From Acidimicrobiia bacterium (GTDB taxonomy: Bacteria > Actinomycetota > Acidimicrobiia > Spongiisociales > Spongiisociaceae), in the NCBI GenBank assembly GCA_041576165.1, contig JBFGLM010000019.1, forward strand, positions 18,715-82,714: a stretch of DNA of 64,000 nt, given 5' to 3'. A program made the translations under genes and the position numbers. Below the pieces are notes generated by a model. That model was not told the origin of the DNA, searched no databases, and saw only the letters and a program-made list of their open reading frames with translations. The first letter of the stretch is position 1. Each line of letters opens with the position of its first letter. Positions 19,914 through 29,083 of this stretch are shown one piece after another.

Positions 19914-20774
19914 ATGTCGATTGATCAACTGGTGATCGGGGTCGACGGCTCTCCCGGCTCCTTGGCGGCCGTGCAGTGGGGGGCCCAACTTGCCAGCCAG
20001 TCCGGGGCGCACGTCACGGCCGTCTATGCGCAGTCACCGTGGCTGGCGATGGTGTTCTCCATTCCACCGCTCGACAGCGACGCGCTGAGGCACGAAGCGG
20101 AGGCCGAGCTGGAGGGCCGGTGGTCAGAGTCGCTGCGGCAAGCCGGCGTCGAGTACGACATCCGGCTCGGCGAAGACAGTCCGGCGCAGCTGTTGCTCGA
20201 CTCTGCCAGCAAGCTCAACGCCGACCTCCTTGTCGTGGGCCGCCATGGGAATGCCCCATGGGCCCCCCACGTTCTCGGATCGGTGCCGCGCAAGCTCCTC
20301 CAAGCGTCTGGCTGCCCGTTGGTCATTGTGCCGCCTGAGGCAACACGCCAGGACGCCGGCGGGCGGGGCATCGTCGTTGGCGTCGATGGCTCGGCCGTTT
20401 CGATCGCTGCCTTGGACTGGGCGATCGCTTTCGCCGCAGAGCGACAGATGGAGCTGCGGGCCATCACGGCGGTCCACGTCCCAGAGCTGGCGCAGGCGCC
20501 ATGGCTGGCCAAATATGAGCTGAGCACCGCCCGCAAGCAGGCCCTGCAGGAGCTCCACACGATCGTAGAAGAGCGGGCCGGAAAGCCGCCGATCGAGATC
20601 CGGAGCGTGGTGAAACTTGGTCATCCCAATCAAGTGTTGACAGAAGAAGCGGCGCAATCGGATCTGGTCGTGGTCGGGTCTCGGGGTCGAGGGGCGACGG
20701 CTGCATTCCTCGGAGGCTCGGTCTCGCAGTACGTGGCCACCCGTGCGCACTGCCCTGTGGTGATCCACCCCTGA
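19914..20774 (+). CDS. Tandem universal stress protein
   Basis: Two VGVDGS...VVGRHG/GSRGRG...GSV USP domains; AAAGGAG RBS. Confidence 0.92.
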   Translation: MSIDQLVIGVDGSPGSLAAVQWGAQLASQSGAHVTAVYAQSPWLAMVFSIPPLDSDALRHEAEAELEGRWSESLRQAGVEYDIRLGEDSPAQLLLDSASKLNADLLVVGRHGNAPWAPHVLGSVPRKLLQASGCPLVIVPPEATRQDAGGRGIVVGVDGSAVSIAALDWAIAFAAERQMELRAITAVHVPELAQAPWLAKYELSTARKQALQELHTIVEERAGKPPIEIRSVVKLGHPNQVLTEEAAQSDLVVVGSRGRGATAAFLGGSVSQYVATRAHCPVVIHP

Positions 20775-20827
20775 GCGGACCCGAAGGGAGAACCTGCATA
20801 CAAGGGGCGACCTGGGTCTCATGCTCC

Positions 20828-20868
20828 TTGATCTGCATGTTGCGCAAGATATACTGCAAAAAGTGCAG
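20828..20868 (+). promoter_or_regulatory. sigma70-type promoter with overlapping inverted repeat
   Basis: TTGATC (20828-33)-N16-TATACT (20850-55); CTGCA-N5-TGCAG at 20854-20868; in-frame GTG at 20863 is positioned for a leaderless start. Confidence 0.6.
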
Positions 20869-21219
20869 AACATTACGCCACTCCTCCGCACCCGAACCTT
20901 GAAGGACCTGCTCGTCGAGTTGTTCTTCTGTTCGAACAAGCCGAGAACGCTGTCGGATCTGGCCCGCTCGATCGACGTTGACCAAACGACAGTCATGCGC
21001 GAAGTGAACCGGCTGCTGAAGACCGGGGTCGTGGTGGAAGAACGGGTTGGTAGGTCGCGAACCATCGCCATCGACCCGGCGAGCCCGGTGGCGGCACCCC
21101 TGCGCGGACTGGTCCGCCTCGCTCATGAGCCTCCACCGGTCACCAACGATCAGGTCTCTGCGTATCACGCAGAAAAGCCGAGCCGGCGGCCGTTGCCTTC
21201 GTCGCGGAGACGGAACTGA
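20863..21219 (+). CDS. Winged-HTH transcriptional regulator
   Basis: RTLSDLARSIDVDQTTVMREVNRLLKTGVVVEERVGRSR; stop overlaps rpiB start (TGATG). Confidence 0.7.
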   Translation: MQNITPLLRTRTLKDLLVELFFCSNKPRTLSDLARSIDVDQTTVMREVNRLLKTGVVVEERVGRSRTIAIDPASPVAAPLRGLVRLAHEPPPVTNDQVSAYHAEKPSRRPLPSSRRRN

Positions 21220-21842
21220 TGGCTGCAGAGCTGCCGTCGGAGAGCGAGGTGCGGGCCTTGGTGAGCCGCATCGTGGCCGGCTTGCTTCCCGATCAGACCG
21301 CATCTTCTGCTCCGGCGTCGGCAGCTCCCGGTCCGGCTGACCCGGCGTCGGGTGCCGCATCGGGCCACCCGACGATCGCGGTGGGCGCCGATCACGGCGG
21401 TTATCCCTTGAAGGAGAAGATCGGGTTTCACCTCAAAGAGTCGGGTCACGAGGTCATCGACTGTGGCACGCAAAGCCACGAGTCGGTCGATTATCCCGAT
21501 TTCGCTCACGCAGTGGCCCGGACGGTGGCCGGGGGCGACGCCACCTACGGAATCATCGTGGATGGAGCCGGGATCGGCTCGGCCATGGTGGCCAACAAGG
21601 TCCCGGGGATCCGCGCCGCGCTGTGTTACGACCTCTCCAGTGCGCGTAACAGCCGGGAGCACAACCACGCCAACGTGTTGACCCTGGGGGCCGGTCTGAT
21701 CGGCACCAACCTGGCAATACAGATCGTGGACACCTGGCTGGCCACTCCGTGGGCAGGCGGCCGCCACGCCAACCGGGTCGAGAAGATCACCGCCGTGGAG
21801 CGGCAGTATGCGGGCCCCCTATCCCTGCGGAGCGCGTCATGA
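21219..21842 (+). CDS. rpiB: Ribose-5-phosphate isomerase B family protein with N-terminal encapsulation peptide
   Basis: [38 protein letters not shown]; N-terminal amphipathic [17 protein letters not shown] then an Ala/Pro linker. Confidence 0.9.
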   Translation: MAAELPSESEVRALVSRIVAGLLPDQTASSAPASAAPGPADPASGAASGHPTIAVGADHGGYPLKEKIGFHLKESGHEVIDCGTQSHESVDYPDFAHAVARTVAGGDATYGIIVDGAGIGSAMVANKVPGIRAALCYDLSSARNSREHNHANVLTLGAGLIGTNLAIQIVDTWLATPWAGGRHANRVEKITAVERQYAGPLSLRSAS

Positions 21843-22687
21843 CCAATATGGCGCTGGTCGAAGCCGTCACTCGCGAAGTGCTGGCCGCCTTGACCGGCGA
21901 GGATCCATGTGCTGCCTGTCACGGATCCTGTGCCGCCCACAGCCCCGACGCAGTGCGCAAAGTGGTGGCCAACGGAGCCGACCGGGTCAGCTTCCATGGC
22001 CACGGCTCGGACGTGCCAATCGATCTGGCCAAATACATCGATCACACACTGCTCAAGCCCGACGCCACTACGGCGGACATCGACGAGCTATGTGCCGAAG
22101 CGGTCGAGTACGGATTCGCCGCCGTCTGCGTAAACCCGACCTGGGTGCGGCGAGCCGCCCGCGTCGTGCGGGGTAGCGGGGTGAAGGTCGCGTCGGTTGT
22201 GGCGTTCCCATTTGGTGCCACTCCATCAGAGATGAAGGCCATGGAAACACGGCGGGCGATTCGCGACGGCGCTCGAGAAATCGACATGGTGATCAACATC
22301 GGTGCGCTCAAGTCGGGCGACCACGATCTCGTGCGAAAGGACATCGCCAAGGTTTCTGACGCCTGTCACGAATCGGGAGCGCTCAACAAGGTGATCATCG
22401 AAACCTCGCTCCTGACCGACCAGGAGAAGGTGATCGCTTCGCACCTGGCACAAGAAGCCAGAGCCGATTACGTGAAAACCTCGACAGGATTTGGCGGGGG
22501 AGGGGCCACGATTCCCGATGTGTTGCTGATGCGCGAGACGGTGGGTCCCAAGATGGGCATCAAGGCTTCGGGCGGAGTTCGCAACAGAGAAGATGCCGAG
22601 GAGATGATCGCGGCCGGGGCCACCCGGATCGGTGCCTCCGCCGGCATTGCCATCGTGACGGGAGGCACATCCAGTGAGCGATATTGA
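21839..22687 (+). CDS. deoC: Deoxyribose-phosphate aldolase with N-terminal encapsulation peptide and Cys-rich segment
   Basis: [37 protein letters not shown]; ATGA overlap with rpiB. Confidence 0.93.
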   Translation: MTNMALVEAVTREVLAALTGEDPCAACHGSCAAHSPDAVRKVVANGADRVSFHGHGSDVPIDLAKYIDHTLLKPDATTADIDELCAEAVEYGFAAVCVNPTWVRRAARVVRGSGVKVASVVAFPFGATPSEMKAMETRRAIRDGAREIDMVINIGALKSGDHDLVRKDIAKVSDACHESGALNKVIIETSLLTDQEKVIASHLAQEARADYVKTSTGFGGGGATIPDVLLMRETVGPKMGIKASGGVRNREDAEEMIAAGATRIGASAGIAIVTGGTSSERY

Positions 22688-23300
22688 TCTACGTTCATTT
22701 GTATTCCTCGACAGCTTGCAGCCGCAATACGCTGCATTCATCGGCACGACCGCCCAGGGGTTCTTGCCGTTGGCGTTTGAGGCAGCGCTGTTCGTCGAGA
22801 TTTCCCCGGGGATCGAAATCAACCGCCTCACCGACGTTGCCCTCAAGTCGAACGAGGTCAAGCCCGGTATGCAGATCGTCGAGAGGGTCTTCGGGCTGCT
22901 CGAGGTCCACTCACCCGAACAAGGCGAAACTCGGGGCGCCGGCGCGGCCATCCTCGAGGCGATCGAGCTCGAAGAGACCGATCGCCTCAAACCCGACATC
23001 CTCTCCAGCCAGATCGTGCGCCGGATCGACGATCACCAGGCCCAGCTCATCAACCGCATGCGCCACGGCCAGATGATCACTCCCGGCCAAACGCTCTACG
23101 TCCTCGAGTGCCTCCCGGCAGCCTATGCCGCGCTGGCGGCCAATGAGGCTGAGAAGGCGGCCGACATCAACGTCCTGGAAGTTCGAGCGTTTGGGGCGGT
23201 GGGCCGGGTCTATCTGGGTGGGGAAGAGGCCGACATCGATGTCGGATGGCAGGCGGCGGTGACCGCCCTCGAAGGGATCGAAGGTCGTCAACAATCGTGA
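22674..23300 (+). CDS. BMC shell trimer, double-stacking (CcmP/BMC-Tdp-like)
   Basis: [60 protein letters not shown]. Confidence 0.88.
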   Translation: MSDIDLRSFVFLDSLQPQYAAFIGTTAQGFLPLAFEAALFVEISPGIEINRLTDVALKSNEVKPGMQIVERVFGLLEVHSPEQGETRGAGAAILEAIELEETDRLKPDILSSQIVRRIDDHQAQLINRMRHGQMITPGQTLYVLECLPAAYAALAANEAEKAADINVLEVRAFGAVGRVYLGGEEADIDVGWQAAVTALEGIEGRQQS

Positions 23301-23325
23301 CAGAACATATGAGAGGAGAGGCCAG

Positions 23326-23613
23326 ATGGCTGATGCCCTGGGAATGATCGAGGCCAGGAGCTTTCCGGCGATGGTGGAAGCGGCCGACGCAATGGTAAAG
23401 GCGGCCAAAGTCGAGCTGGTGTCGTACGAGGAGACGGGCGGCGGTTACGTCACGGCGGTGATCAGGGGCGATGTAGCCGCTGTCAAGGCGGCCGTTGACG
23501 CCGGGGTTCGTGGCGCCGAGCGGGTCGGCGAAGTCGTCAGCAGCCACGTGATCGCGCGTCCTCACGCCGCGATCGACACGGTGCTACCACTGGGACGTGT
23601 CGCGGCTGAGTAG
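23326..23613 (+). CDS. BMC shell hexamer (BMC-H)
   Basis: ALGMIE, AADAMVKAA, RGDVAAVKAA, HVIARPH. Confidence 0.97.
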   Translation: MADALGMIEARSFPAMVEAADAMVKAAKVELVSYEETGGGYVTAVIRGDVAAVKAAVDAGVRGAERVGEVVSSHVIARPHAAIDTVLPLGRVAAE

Positions 23614-23631
23614 CGGTAGGGGAGGCAGCGC

Positions 23632-23919
23632 ATGCTGTTAGCGCGAGTGGCCGGAACGGTCGTCTCGAGCCGCAAGGAGCCACGCCTCGCCGGTTTGAAG
23701 TTCCTACTGCTGCAGCAGATAGACGTGGACAACACACCCACCGGAGGTTACGTCGTGGCCGCCGATGCGGTCGGGGCCGGACTCGACGAGGTCGTGATGT
23801 ACGCCAGCGGCAGCTCGGCCCGCCAGACGGAGTACACGCACGAGCGGCCGGTGGATTCAGTCGTCATGGCGATCGTGGACATGTGGGAAGTCGACGGCAA
23901 TGAGCAGTACCACAAATAG
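23632..23919 (+). CDS. BMC vertex pentamer (EutN/CcmL family)
   Basis: [34 protein letters not shown]. Confidence 0.96.
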   Translation: MLLARVAGTVVSSRKEPRLAGLKFLLLQQIDVDNTPTGGYVVAADAVGAGLDEVVMYASGSSARQTEYTHERPVDSVVMAIVDMWEVDGNEQYHK

Positions 23920-23946
23920 CGGCGCCGAACGGAGCGGAGGTCGGCG

Positions 23947-25404
23947 ATGAAAACGCTGAGCGAGGCCGAAATCCAGGGAATCATCGATCGCGTCCGCGGT
24001 CGCTTGGAGTCGGCGCCGGCCGCTCGGCCTGCGACCTCCTTGGCCGCCCAATCCGAACTGGCCGGTGATATCGAGCTGGGCGACGGTATCCACTTGGACG
24101 TGGATGGCGCGGTGGCCGCAGCTCGAAAAGCGCAGGACACGTACTCGCGAATGGGGCTTCGGACCCGTCACACCATCATCGACGCCATCCGGGTCGAGAT
24201 GCTGCGACAGGCCGAGAACCTGGCGATGCTGGCGCACACCGAAACTGGCCTCGGTCGCTACGAAGACAAGGTCATCAAAAACCGGTTGGTGACGACGAAG
24301 GCGCCCGGCCCGGAGGATCTGGAACCGGAGGCGGTGACCGGGGACGCCGGCATGACGGTCACCGAGTGGTCGCCGGTCGGCCTGGTCGGTGCGATCACCC
24401 CAACAACCAACCCGACGTCGACCATCATCAACAACACCATCTCGATCCTGTCCGCCGGCAACGCTGTAGTCTTCAACGTGCATCCCAATGCCAAGAAGTG
24501 CTCGGCTGAGAACGTCCGCCTGCTGAATCGGGCCATCGTCGGCGCCGGCGGTCCGCCAGATCTCGTGACCGCAGTGAGCGTGCCGACCCTCGCGAGCGCC
24601 AAAGCGCTGATGGCCCACCCCGACGTGCGGGTGCTGCTCGTCACCGGTGGTCCCGGCGTCGTACAGGAGGCGCTGCGGGCCGGAAAGCGGGCGGTGACGG
24701 CGGGCCCGGGCAACCCCCCGGCGGTGGTCGACGAGACGGCCGACATCGGAAAAGCTGCCAGGGCGATCGTGGCCGGCGCCTCCCTGGATAACAACATCAT
24801 TTGCACTGACGAGAAGGAGGCCATCGTCGTCGACTCGGTCGCCGACCATTTGGTGAGGGAGATGGCTGCGGCCGGCGCCTATGTGCTCAAAGGGCACGAG
24901 TTGAAGAAGCTGGAGCGGATCATCTTCAAAGAGATGGGCCCGCCCAACAAGCCGGGGGTCATCAATCCTGCCTTCATCGGCAAGAACGCATCGGTCATCC
25001 TCCGCGAGATCGGGGTGACGGTGGGTGATGAAGTCCGCCTCGCCGTGGCCGAAGTCTCCAACGAGCACAACCTTGTCTGGACCGAGCAGATGATGCCGGT
25101 ATTCCCGGTAACCCGCGTGTCCACCGTCGACGCCGGCATTGACCTCGCGGTGCGCGCCGAGCACGGTTTCCGTCACACGGCTGGAATCCACTCCACCAAC
25201 GTTGAGACAATCACCCGGATGGCACGGGCGATGAACTGTTCGATATTCGTCGCCAACGGACCGTTCTACGCCGGGTTGGGCGAGGGCGGCGAGGGGTACA
25301 CATCGTTTTCGATCGCCAGCCCGAGCGGCGACGGCATGAGCCGGCCGCGCACGTTCTCCCGCCCCCGCCGCGTGAGCGTCGTCGGTGCGCTGAGGATCGT
25401 CTGA
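23947..25404 (+). CDS. CoA-acylating aldehyde dehydrogenase (EutE/PduP family) with encapsulation peptide
   Basis: ETGLGRYEDKVIKN, TPTTNPT, AGPGNPP, catalytic DNNIICTDEK, EQMMPV, EHGFRH; N-terminal LSEAEIQGIIDRVRGRL. Confidence 0.94.
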   Translation: MKTLSEAEIQGIIDRVRGRLESAPAARPATSLAAQSELAGDIELGDGIHLDVDGAVAAARKAQDTYSRMGLRTRHTIIDAIRVEMLRQAENLAMLAHTETGLGRYEDKVIKNRLVTTKAPGPEDLEPEAVTGDAGMTVTEWSPVGLVGAITPTTNPTSTIINNTISILSAGNAVVFNVHPNAKKCSAENVRLLNRAIVGAGGPPDLVTAVSVPTLASAKALMAHPDVRVLLVTGGPGVVQEALRAGKRAVTAGPGNPPAVVDETADIGKAARAIVAGASLDNNIICTDEKEAIVVDSVADHLVREMAAAGAYVLKGHELKKLERIIFKEMGPPNKPGVINPAFIGKNASVILREIGVTVGDEVRLAVAEVSNEHNLVWTEQMMPVFPVTRVSTVDAGIDLAVRAEHGFRHTAGIHSTNVETITRMARAMNCSIFVANGPFYAGLGEGGEGYTSFSIASPSGDGMSRPRTFSRPRRVSVVGALRIV

Positions 25405-25407
25405 CCC

Positions 25408-25992
25408 ATGCCGTTCACGGCCGCGATCGCACTCGTGGAATTCGGATCCATCGCGGCCGGCATCGAAGCCGGCGACGCCATGGTCAAGCGGGCGGCGCTC
25501 GGAGTCATCCGGGCCGGTACCGTCCAGCCGGGCCGCTACCTGGTGCTGATCGGGGGCGCGGTCGCTGAACTGGAAGAGGCTATTGATGCGGCGCTGTTGA
25601 TCGGATCCGACCATGTGGTCGACCGCATGTTTCTGCCCGATCCCCACCCGCAGCTGGTGGCCGCACTGACCGGTATCAGAGAAGAGGGCGAGGGCGAGGC
25701 ACTCGGCATCATCGAGACATCTTCAGTGGCGGCAATCATCAACGCTGCCGACGCTGGTCTGAAGGGGGCGGAGGTCACTTTGCGCGAAGTCTTCTTGGCC
25801 GACGGGCTGGGTGGCAAGGGTTACCTGTTGTTTCGCGGGCCGCTGATGGAGGTGGAGGCGGCCGTTGAGATTGGTGCCAGGCAGACCGACGGACGACTGG
25901 TCGGTTCGCGGGTCATCGCCCAACTGCACGACGAGATGGAAGAAAACCTGGCGGCCCATGGCCGGTTCGGGGCCCGGGTGAGGGGAGCGTGA
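25408..25992 (+). CDS. BMC shell trimer, single-layer (PduT-like BMC-T)
   Basis: Tandem BMC domains SIAAGIEAGDAMVK / ALGIIET...AADAGLK...GLGGK. Confidence 0.9.
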   Translation: MPFTAAIALVEFGSIAAGIEAGDAMVKRAALGVIRAGTVQPGRYLVLIGGAVAELEEAIDAALLIGSDHVVDRMFLPDPHPQLVAALTGIREEGEGEALGIIETSSVAAIINAADAGLKGAEVTLREVFLADGLGGKGYLLFRGPLMEVEAAVEIGARQTDGRLVGSRVIAQLHDEMEENLAAHGRFGARVRGA

Positions 25993-25993
25993 G

Positions 25994-26299
25994 GTGCATC
26001 TGGGGCAAGTGATCGGAACCGTGGTGGCCACGCAGAAGACGCCCGATCTAGAGGGCGTGCGATTTCTCATCGTGCAGCCGCTGACACGGGATCTGGAAAA
26101 GCGCGGACGGCCGGTAGTTGCGGGCGACGGGGTCGCCATGGCCGGACCGGGCGAACTGGTGTATTTCGTGGGCTCCCGGGAGGCCGCCCAAGCGATGCCC
26201 GAACGGTTCGTGCCCGTTGACCATGCGGTCGTCGGCATCGTCGACCAACTGGCGGTCGATCCGCTCCCCGAGCCTCGATCCCCCGGGAGTGAGGAGTGA
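25994..26299 (+). CDS. BMC vertex pentamer (EutN/CcmL family)
   Basis: GQVIGTVVATQK, AGPGE, SREAA, PVDHAVVGIVD. Confidence 0.93.
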   Translation: MHLGQVIGTVVATQKTPDLEGVRFLIVQPLTRDLEKRGRPVVAGDGVAMAGPGELVYFVGSREAAQAMPERFVPVDHAVVGIVDQLAVDPLPEPRSPGSEE

Positions 26300-26562
26300 A
26301 GATCGCGCGCGTCGCAGGAACGGTGGTGTCGACCATTTGTGCACCGATCTTCGAGCACCAGCGCCTGCTGCTCTGCGACTATCTGTCTCCGAGCGGTGAT
26401 GCCACCGGGGACTACGTCATAGCAGTCGACGTGGTTGACGCCGGGCCCGGAGAGACCGTCTTGATCCTGGACGAGGGCACGGGCGCTCGCCAGATCATGG
26501 AGACCGACGTGGGACCGATCCGGGCGGTCGTTGTGGGGATCATCGATGAGGTGGATGCATGA
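26296..26562 (+). CDS. BMC vertex pentamer (EutN/CcmL family)
   Basis: [36 protein letters not shown]. Confidence 0.93.
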   Translation: MKIARVAGTVVSTICAPIFEHQRLLLCDYLSPSGDATGDYVIAVDVVDAGPGETVLILDEGTGARQIMETDVGPIRAVVVGIIDEVDA

Positions 26563-26600
26563 GCCGGGCAAGAAGCCGACAAGCGGTACGAATGGCCCGA

Positions 26601-26633
26601 GGGTCAGGTACTAGGGCCCGGCGCGCCTGACCC
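26601..26633 (+). terminator. Possible hairpin after the BMC operon
   Basis: GGGTCAGG...CCTGACCC inverted repeat about 40 nt after the last BMC-P stop; large loop and no U-tract. Confidence 0.3.
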
Positions 26634-26710
26634 CGCCGGGCCCATAAAATGGAAAGGTGGTGGCTGGCGTCACGGGAGGGCCAACACCGCGACCAGAGGG
26701 AATCGGGATA

Positions 26711-27517
26711 ATGACGGTATTCGGGCATCAGATCTTGAGCCCCATGACCGTGGGTTCGCGGTCCGAGCGGGCCGCCGCCCTGGCAGGCTGGCTGGCGGGT
26801 CGGATCGGCGCGGATCTTCGGCTACTGAGCGTCGTGGATCACCAGTCTGAGGCGTCCGCCCGGCAAACGTATCTGGAGCAAGTTGCGGCCTCAATCGCCA
26901 GTCAGTTCGAGGTAGCCCCCACCTGCGGCATCAGCCTCTCCGGAAAGATCGAGTCCGAGCTGGCGCGCGCGTTGCGGGACGACACCGGCGTCGTCATGGC
27001 AACTGCCGCCACCCGGCTCCCGCATGACGGGCACTTCGGTTCGATCGCCGACCACATCGTCCGAGAGGCATACCGGCCGGTCACTCTGGTCGGCCCACAC
27101 GCCACCGCCCGCTTCGTGCCCGGACCCGCCCGGGTGGTCGTACCGGTGGATGGATCAAACCTGGCGGAGCGCGCCGTGCCGGTAGGCGGCTCGCTCGCGG
27201 AAATCCTCGGGCTTCCGCTGTCGATCGTGACGGTCATGCGACGAGGGTCCAGCGGCCACTCCCCAACTTTCGACCAGGCCTATGTCCGCGAGCTGGCCCG
27301 AAAACTGGAAGGTACGGGTCTCATCGTCGAACCCGAGGCCGTCTACGATGCGCGACCGCCGGCGCAAGTCGTGGTCTCGTTGGAAGACGGTAACGCCATC
27401 CCGGTGATCGCCTCCCATGGACGAACGGGTATGAAACGGTTGGTGGCAGGGTCGGTGGCCATCGCGATCGTGCGGTCATCGAGGTGGCCGGTGGTTGTGG
27501 TGCCGCCGTATATGTGA
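26711..27517 (+). CDS. Tandem universal stress protein
   Basis: FGSIADHIVR, VVVPVDGSNLAERA, ASHGRTG...GSVA. Confidence 0.85.
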   Translation: MTVFGHQILSPMTVGSRSERAAALAGWLAGRIGADLRLLSVVDHQSEASARQTYLEQVAASIASQFEVAPTCGISLSGKIESELARALRDDTGVVMATAATRLPHDGHFGSIADHIVREAYRPVTLVGPHATARFVPGPARVVVPVDGSNLAERAVPVGGSLAEILGLPLSIVTVMRRGSSGHSPTFDQAYVRELARKLEGTGLIVEPEAVYDARPPAQVVVSLEDGNAIPVIASHGRTGMKRLVAGSVAIAIVRSSRWPVVVVPPYM

Positions 27518-27578
27518 GACGGCCCGGCACCGGCGCGTGAGCGCGCCCGGGAGGAGGGGTGCCGCCGTTCGGTTCGGC

Positions 27579-27938
27579 TCACCGCCTCAGCCGGCGCAAC
27601 TGCGACTCGATGTAGCTGCGTGCGCGACGCTGACCACCGCGAACTGCGATCGCCGCCTGCAACGATTCGGGGCAATCAACGATGAGGTTTCGGTTCGACG
27701 GCCAGCCGCGGCGCTCGCACTCTCCGAGCCAGTCCCCCAGACTGCGATGACCCCGCTCGCGATTGCACCTGCGGCATGCGGCGACCTCATTCTCCAGCCA
27801 GCTGGGGCCTCCCTTGAGGCGAGGAACGAGGTGTTCGGTGGTGGCCACGACGAGTCCGACGCCCAGGTCCCGCCCGCACCAGACACACTGCTCACCGTCA
27901 CGGCTCAGTATGAGCTCCATCCGCTCTCGGCGATTCAT
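27579..27938 (-). CDS. Small HNH endonuclease
   Basis: RDGEQCVWCG, TTEHLVPR.KGG, NEVAACRRCN. Confidence 0.85.
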   Translation of the reverse strand: MNRRERMELILSRDGEQCVWCGRDLGVGLVVATTEHLVPRLKGGPSWLENEVAACRRCNRERGHRSLGDWLGECERRGWPSNRNLIVDCPESLQAAIAVRGGQRRARSYIESQLRRLRR

Positions 27939-28091
27939 CTCCCATGACCCATCGATGCGCTGCCGGCGGGAAGATTACCGAGAGGGCTTCGAAGAGCGGG
28001 CTGGGGTGCTGTCCGGTCCACCGCTCGGGGGATCAGGCTCGTGACACCCGATTGATTGCCGGCTCCCCGCGAAGGCACATCCGCTTCTCGG

Positions 28092-28829
28092 TCACGGGAA
28101 GTTCACGACGAGTACCAGGCCGAACACGATGATCAGGGCTGTCAGCGAGACCTGGTAGCCCGCCTGGCTGGTCGCCCGAAATGCTCTGTTGCCAATCGAA
28201 ATGTAAGTAGCGCCGGCCAGCATCGGCAGCAGCAGGAGCGGGAGGACGGCCACGACCAGGTTCTCAGCCGCGAACACCAATGTTGCGAGCTGAACGGACG
28301 CCATCAAGCCGTAGGCGAAAGCGATCTGGCGTCGAATGTCGTCTTTGGCCTCGTACACGGCTCCCACGATCACTGTCAGGACCCCACCTCCGAGGTTCGA
28401 CAGCCCATGGATGACCCCCAGCAACGCCAGAAACCCGCGCAGATGGCGCCTCGCCCAGCGGCTCACCATCTCCTTGGCGGGGCCCAACATACGAATGACG
28501 CCGCTGAGGATCAGCATGGCACCGACGATCAGGCGAATGTCGACCCCGGCGCCGACCGTGAGGATCAGCACGGTGCCGGCGAGGACGAGCGGTGCCGTGT
28601 AGACCAGAAACTGGCGACGCATCGAATCCAGCTGCAGCCCTCCGTAACTCCGTAACTGCAGGGCGCTGATCACGATCGAGGAAGGCAACAAGTACGCCAG
28701 CGTTTCCTCAAAGGAGAAGCCCAACAAGAGCAGGGTGGGCGTGCCAAAAACCAGCAGCCCGACCCCGAATACCGACTGGACGACGGCGAACAGAATCACC
28801 ACAACGATCAACAAGAGATCCAACTGCAC
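28092..28829 (-). CDS. TauE/SafE (TSUP) family membrane protein
   Basis: QSVFGVGLLVFGTP, HGLSNLGGG; about 8 TM segments; GTG start after GGGGAGG. Confidence 0.7.
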   Translation of the reverse strand: MQLDLLLIVVVILFAVVQSVFGVGLLVFGTPTLLLLGFSFEETLAYLLPSSIVISALQLRSYGGLQLDSMRRQFLVYTAPLVLAGTVLILTVGAGVDIRLIVGAMLILSGVIRMLGPAKEMVSRWARRHLRGFLALLGVIHGLSNLGGGVLTVIVGAVYEAKDDIRRQIAFAYGLMASVQLATLVFAAENLVVAVLPLLLLPMLAGATYISIGNRAFRATSQAGYQVSLTALIIVFGLVLVVNFP

Positions 28830-29083
28830 CCTCCCCGATGCCCTGGCGTGGCAGCACCACACAGTGTGGCATGGCGCCATCACAAAGCAGAATGGAATCT
28901 GTTCCGGAGCAGCCGGTTTGTTCGGGTCCCGGCGCCCCTTTTTCGCCCTCGCAGGCACTCCCCGCGAGCCGGGTTTCTCCGATGGAGACAATGTCGGCAT
29001 CGCCGCAGGATTCATCACCAGAAACCCGGCGCTACTTCGGCGAGTTCGGGCCGGCGGTAGACCGCCGGCCCGCTCGCTGCGCC

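Noticed and set aside
23857-25647. 596-aa antisense ORF, and similar long antisense ORFs at 12628-14178 and 14191-15258
   Set aside because: Mirror frames of real genes, expected from high-GC codon bias; no recognisable motifs.
27579-27938. HNH nuclease as a sign of a defence system or mobile element
   Set aside because: Solitary small HNH with no methylase, Cas, integrase or terminal repeats nearby.
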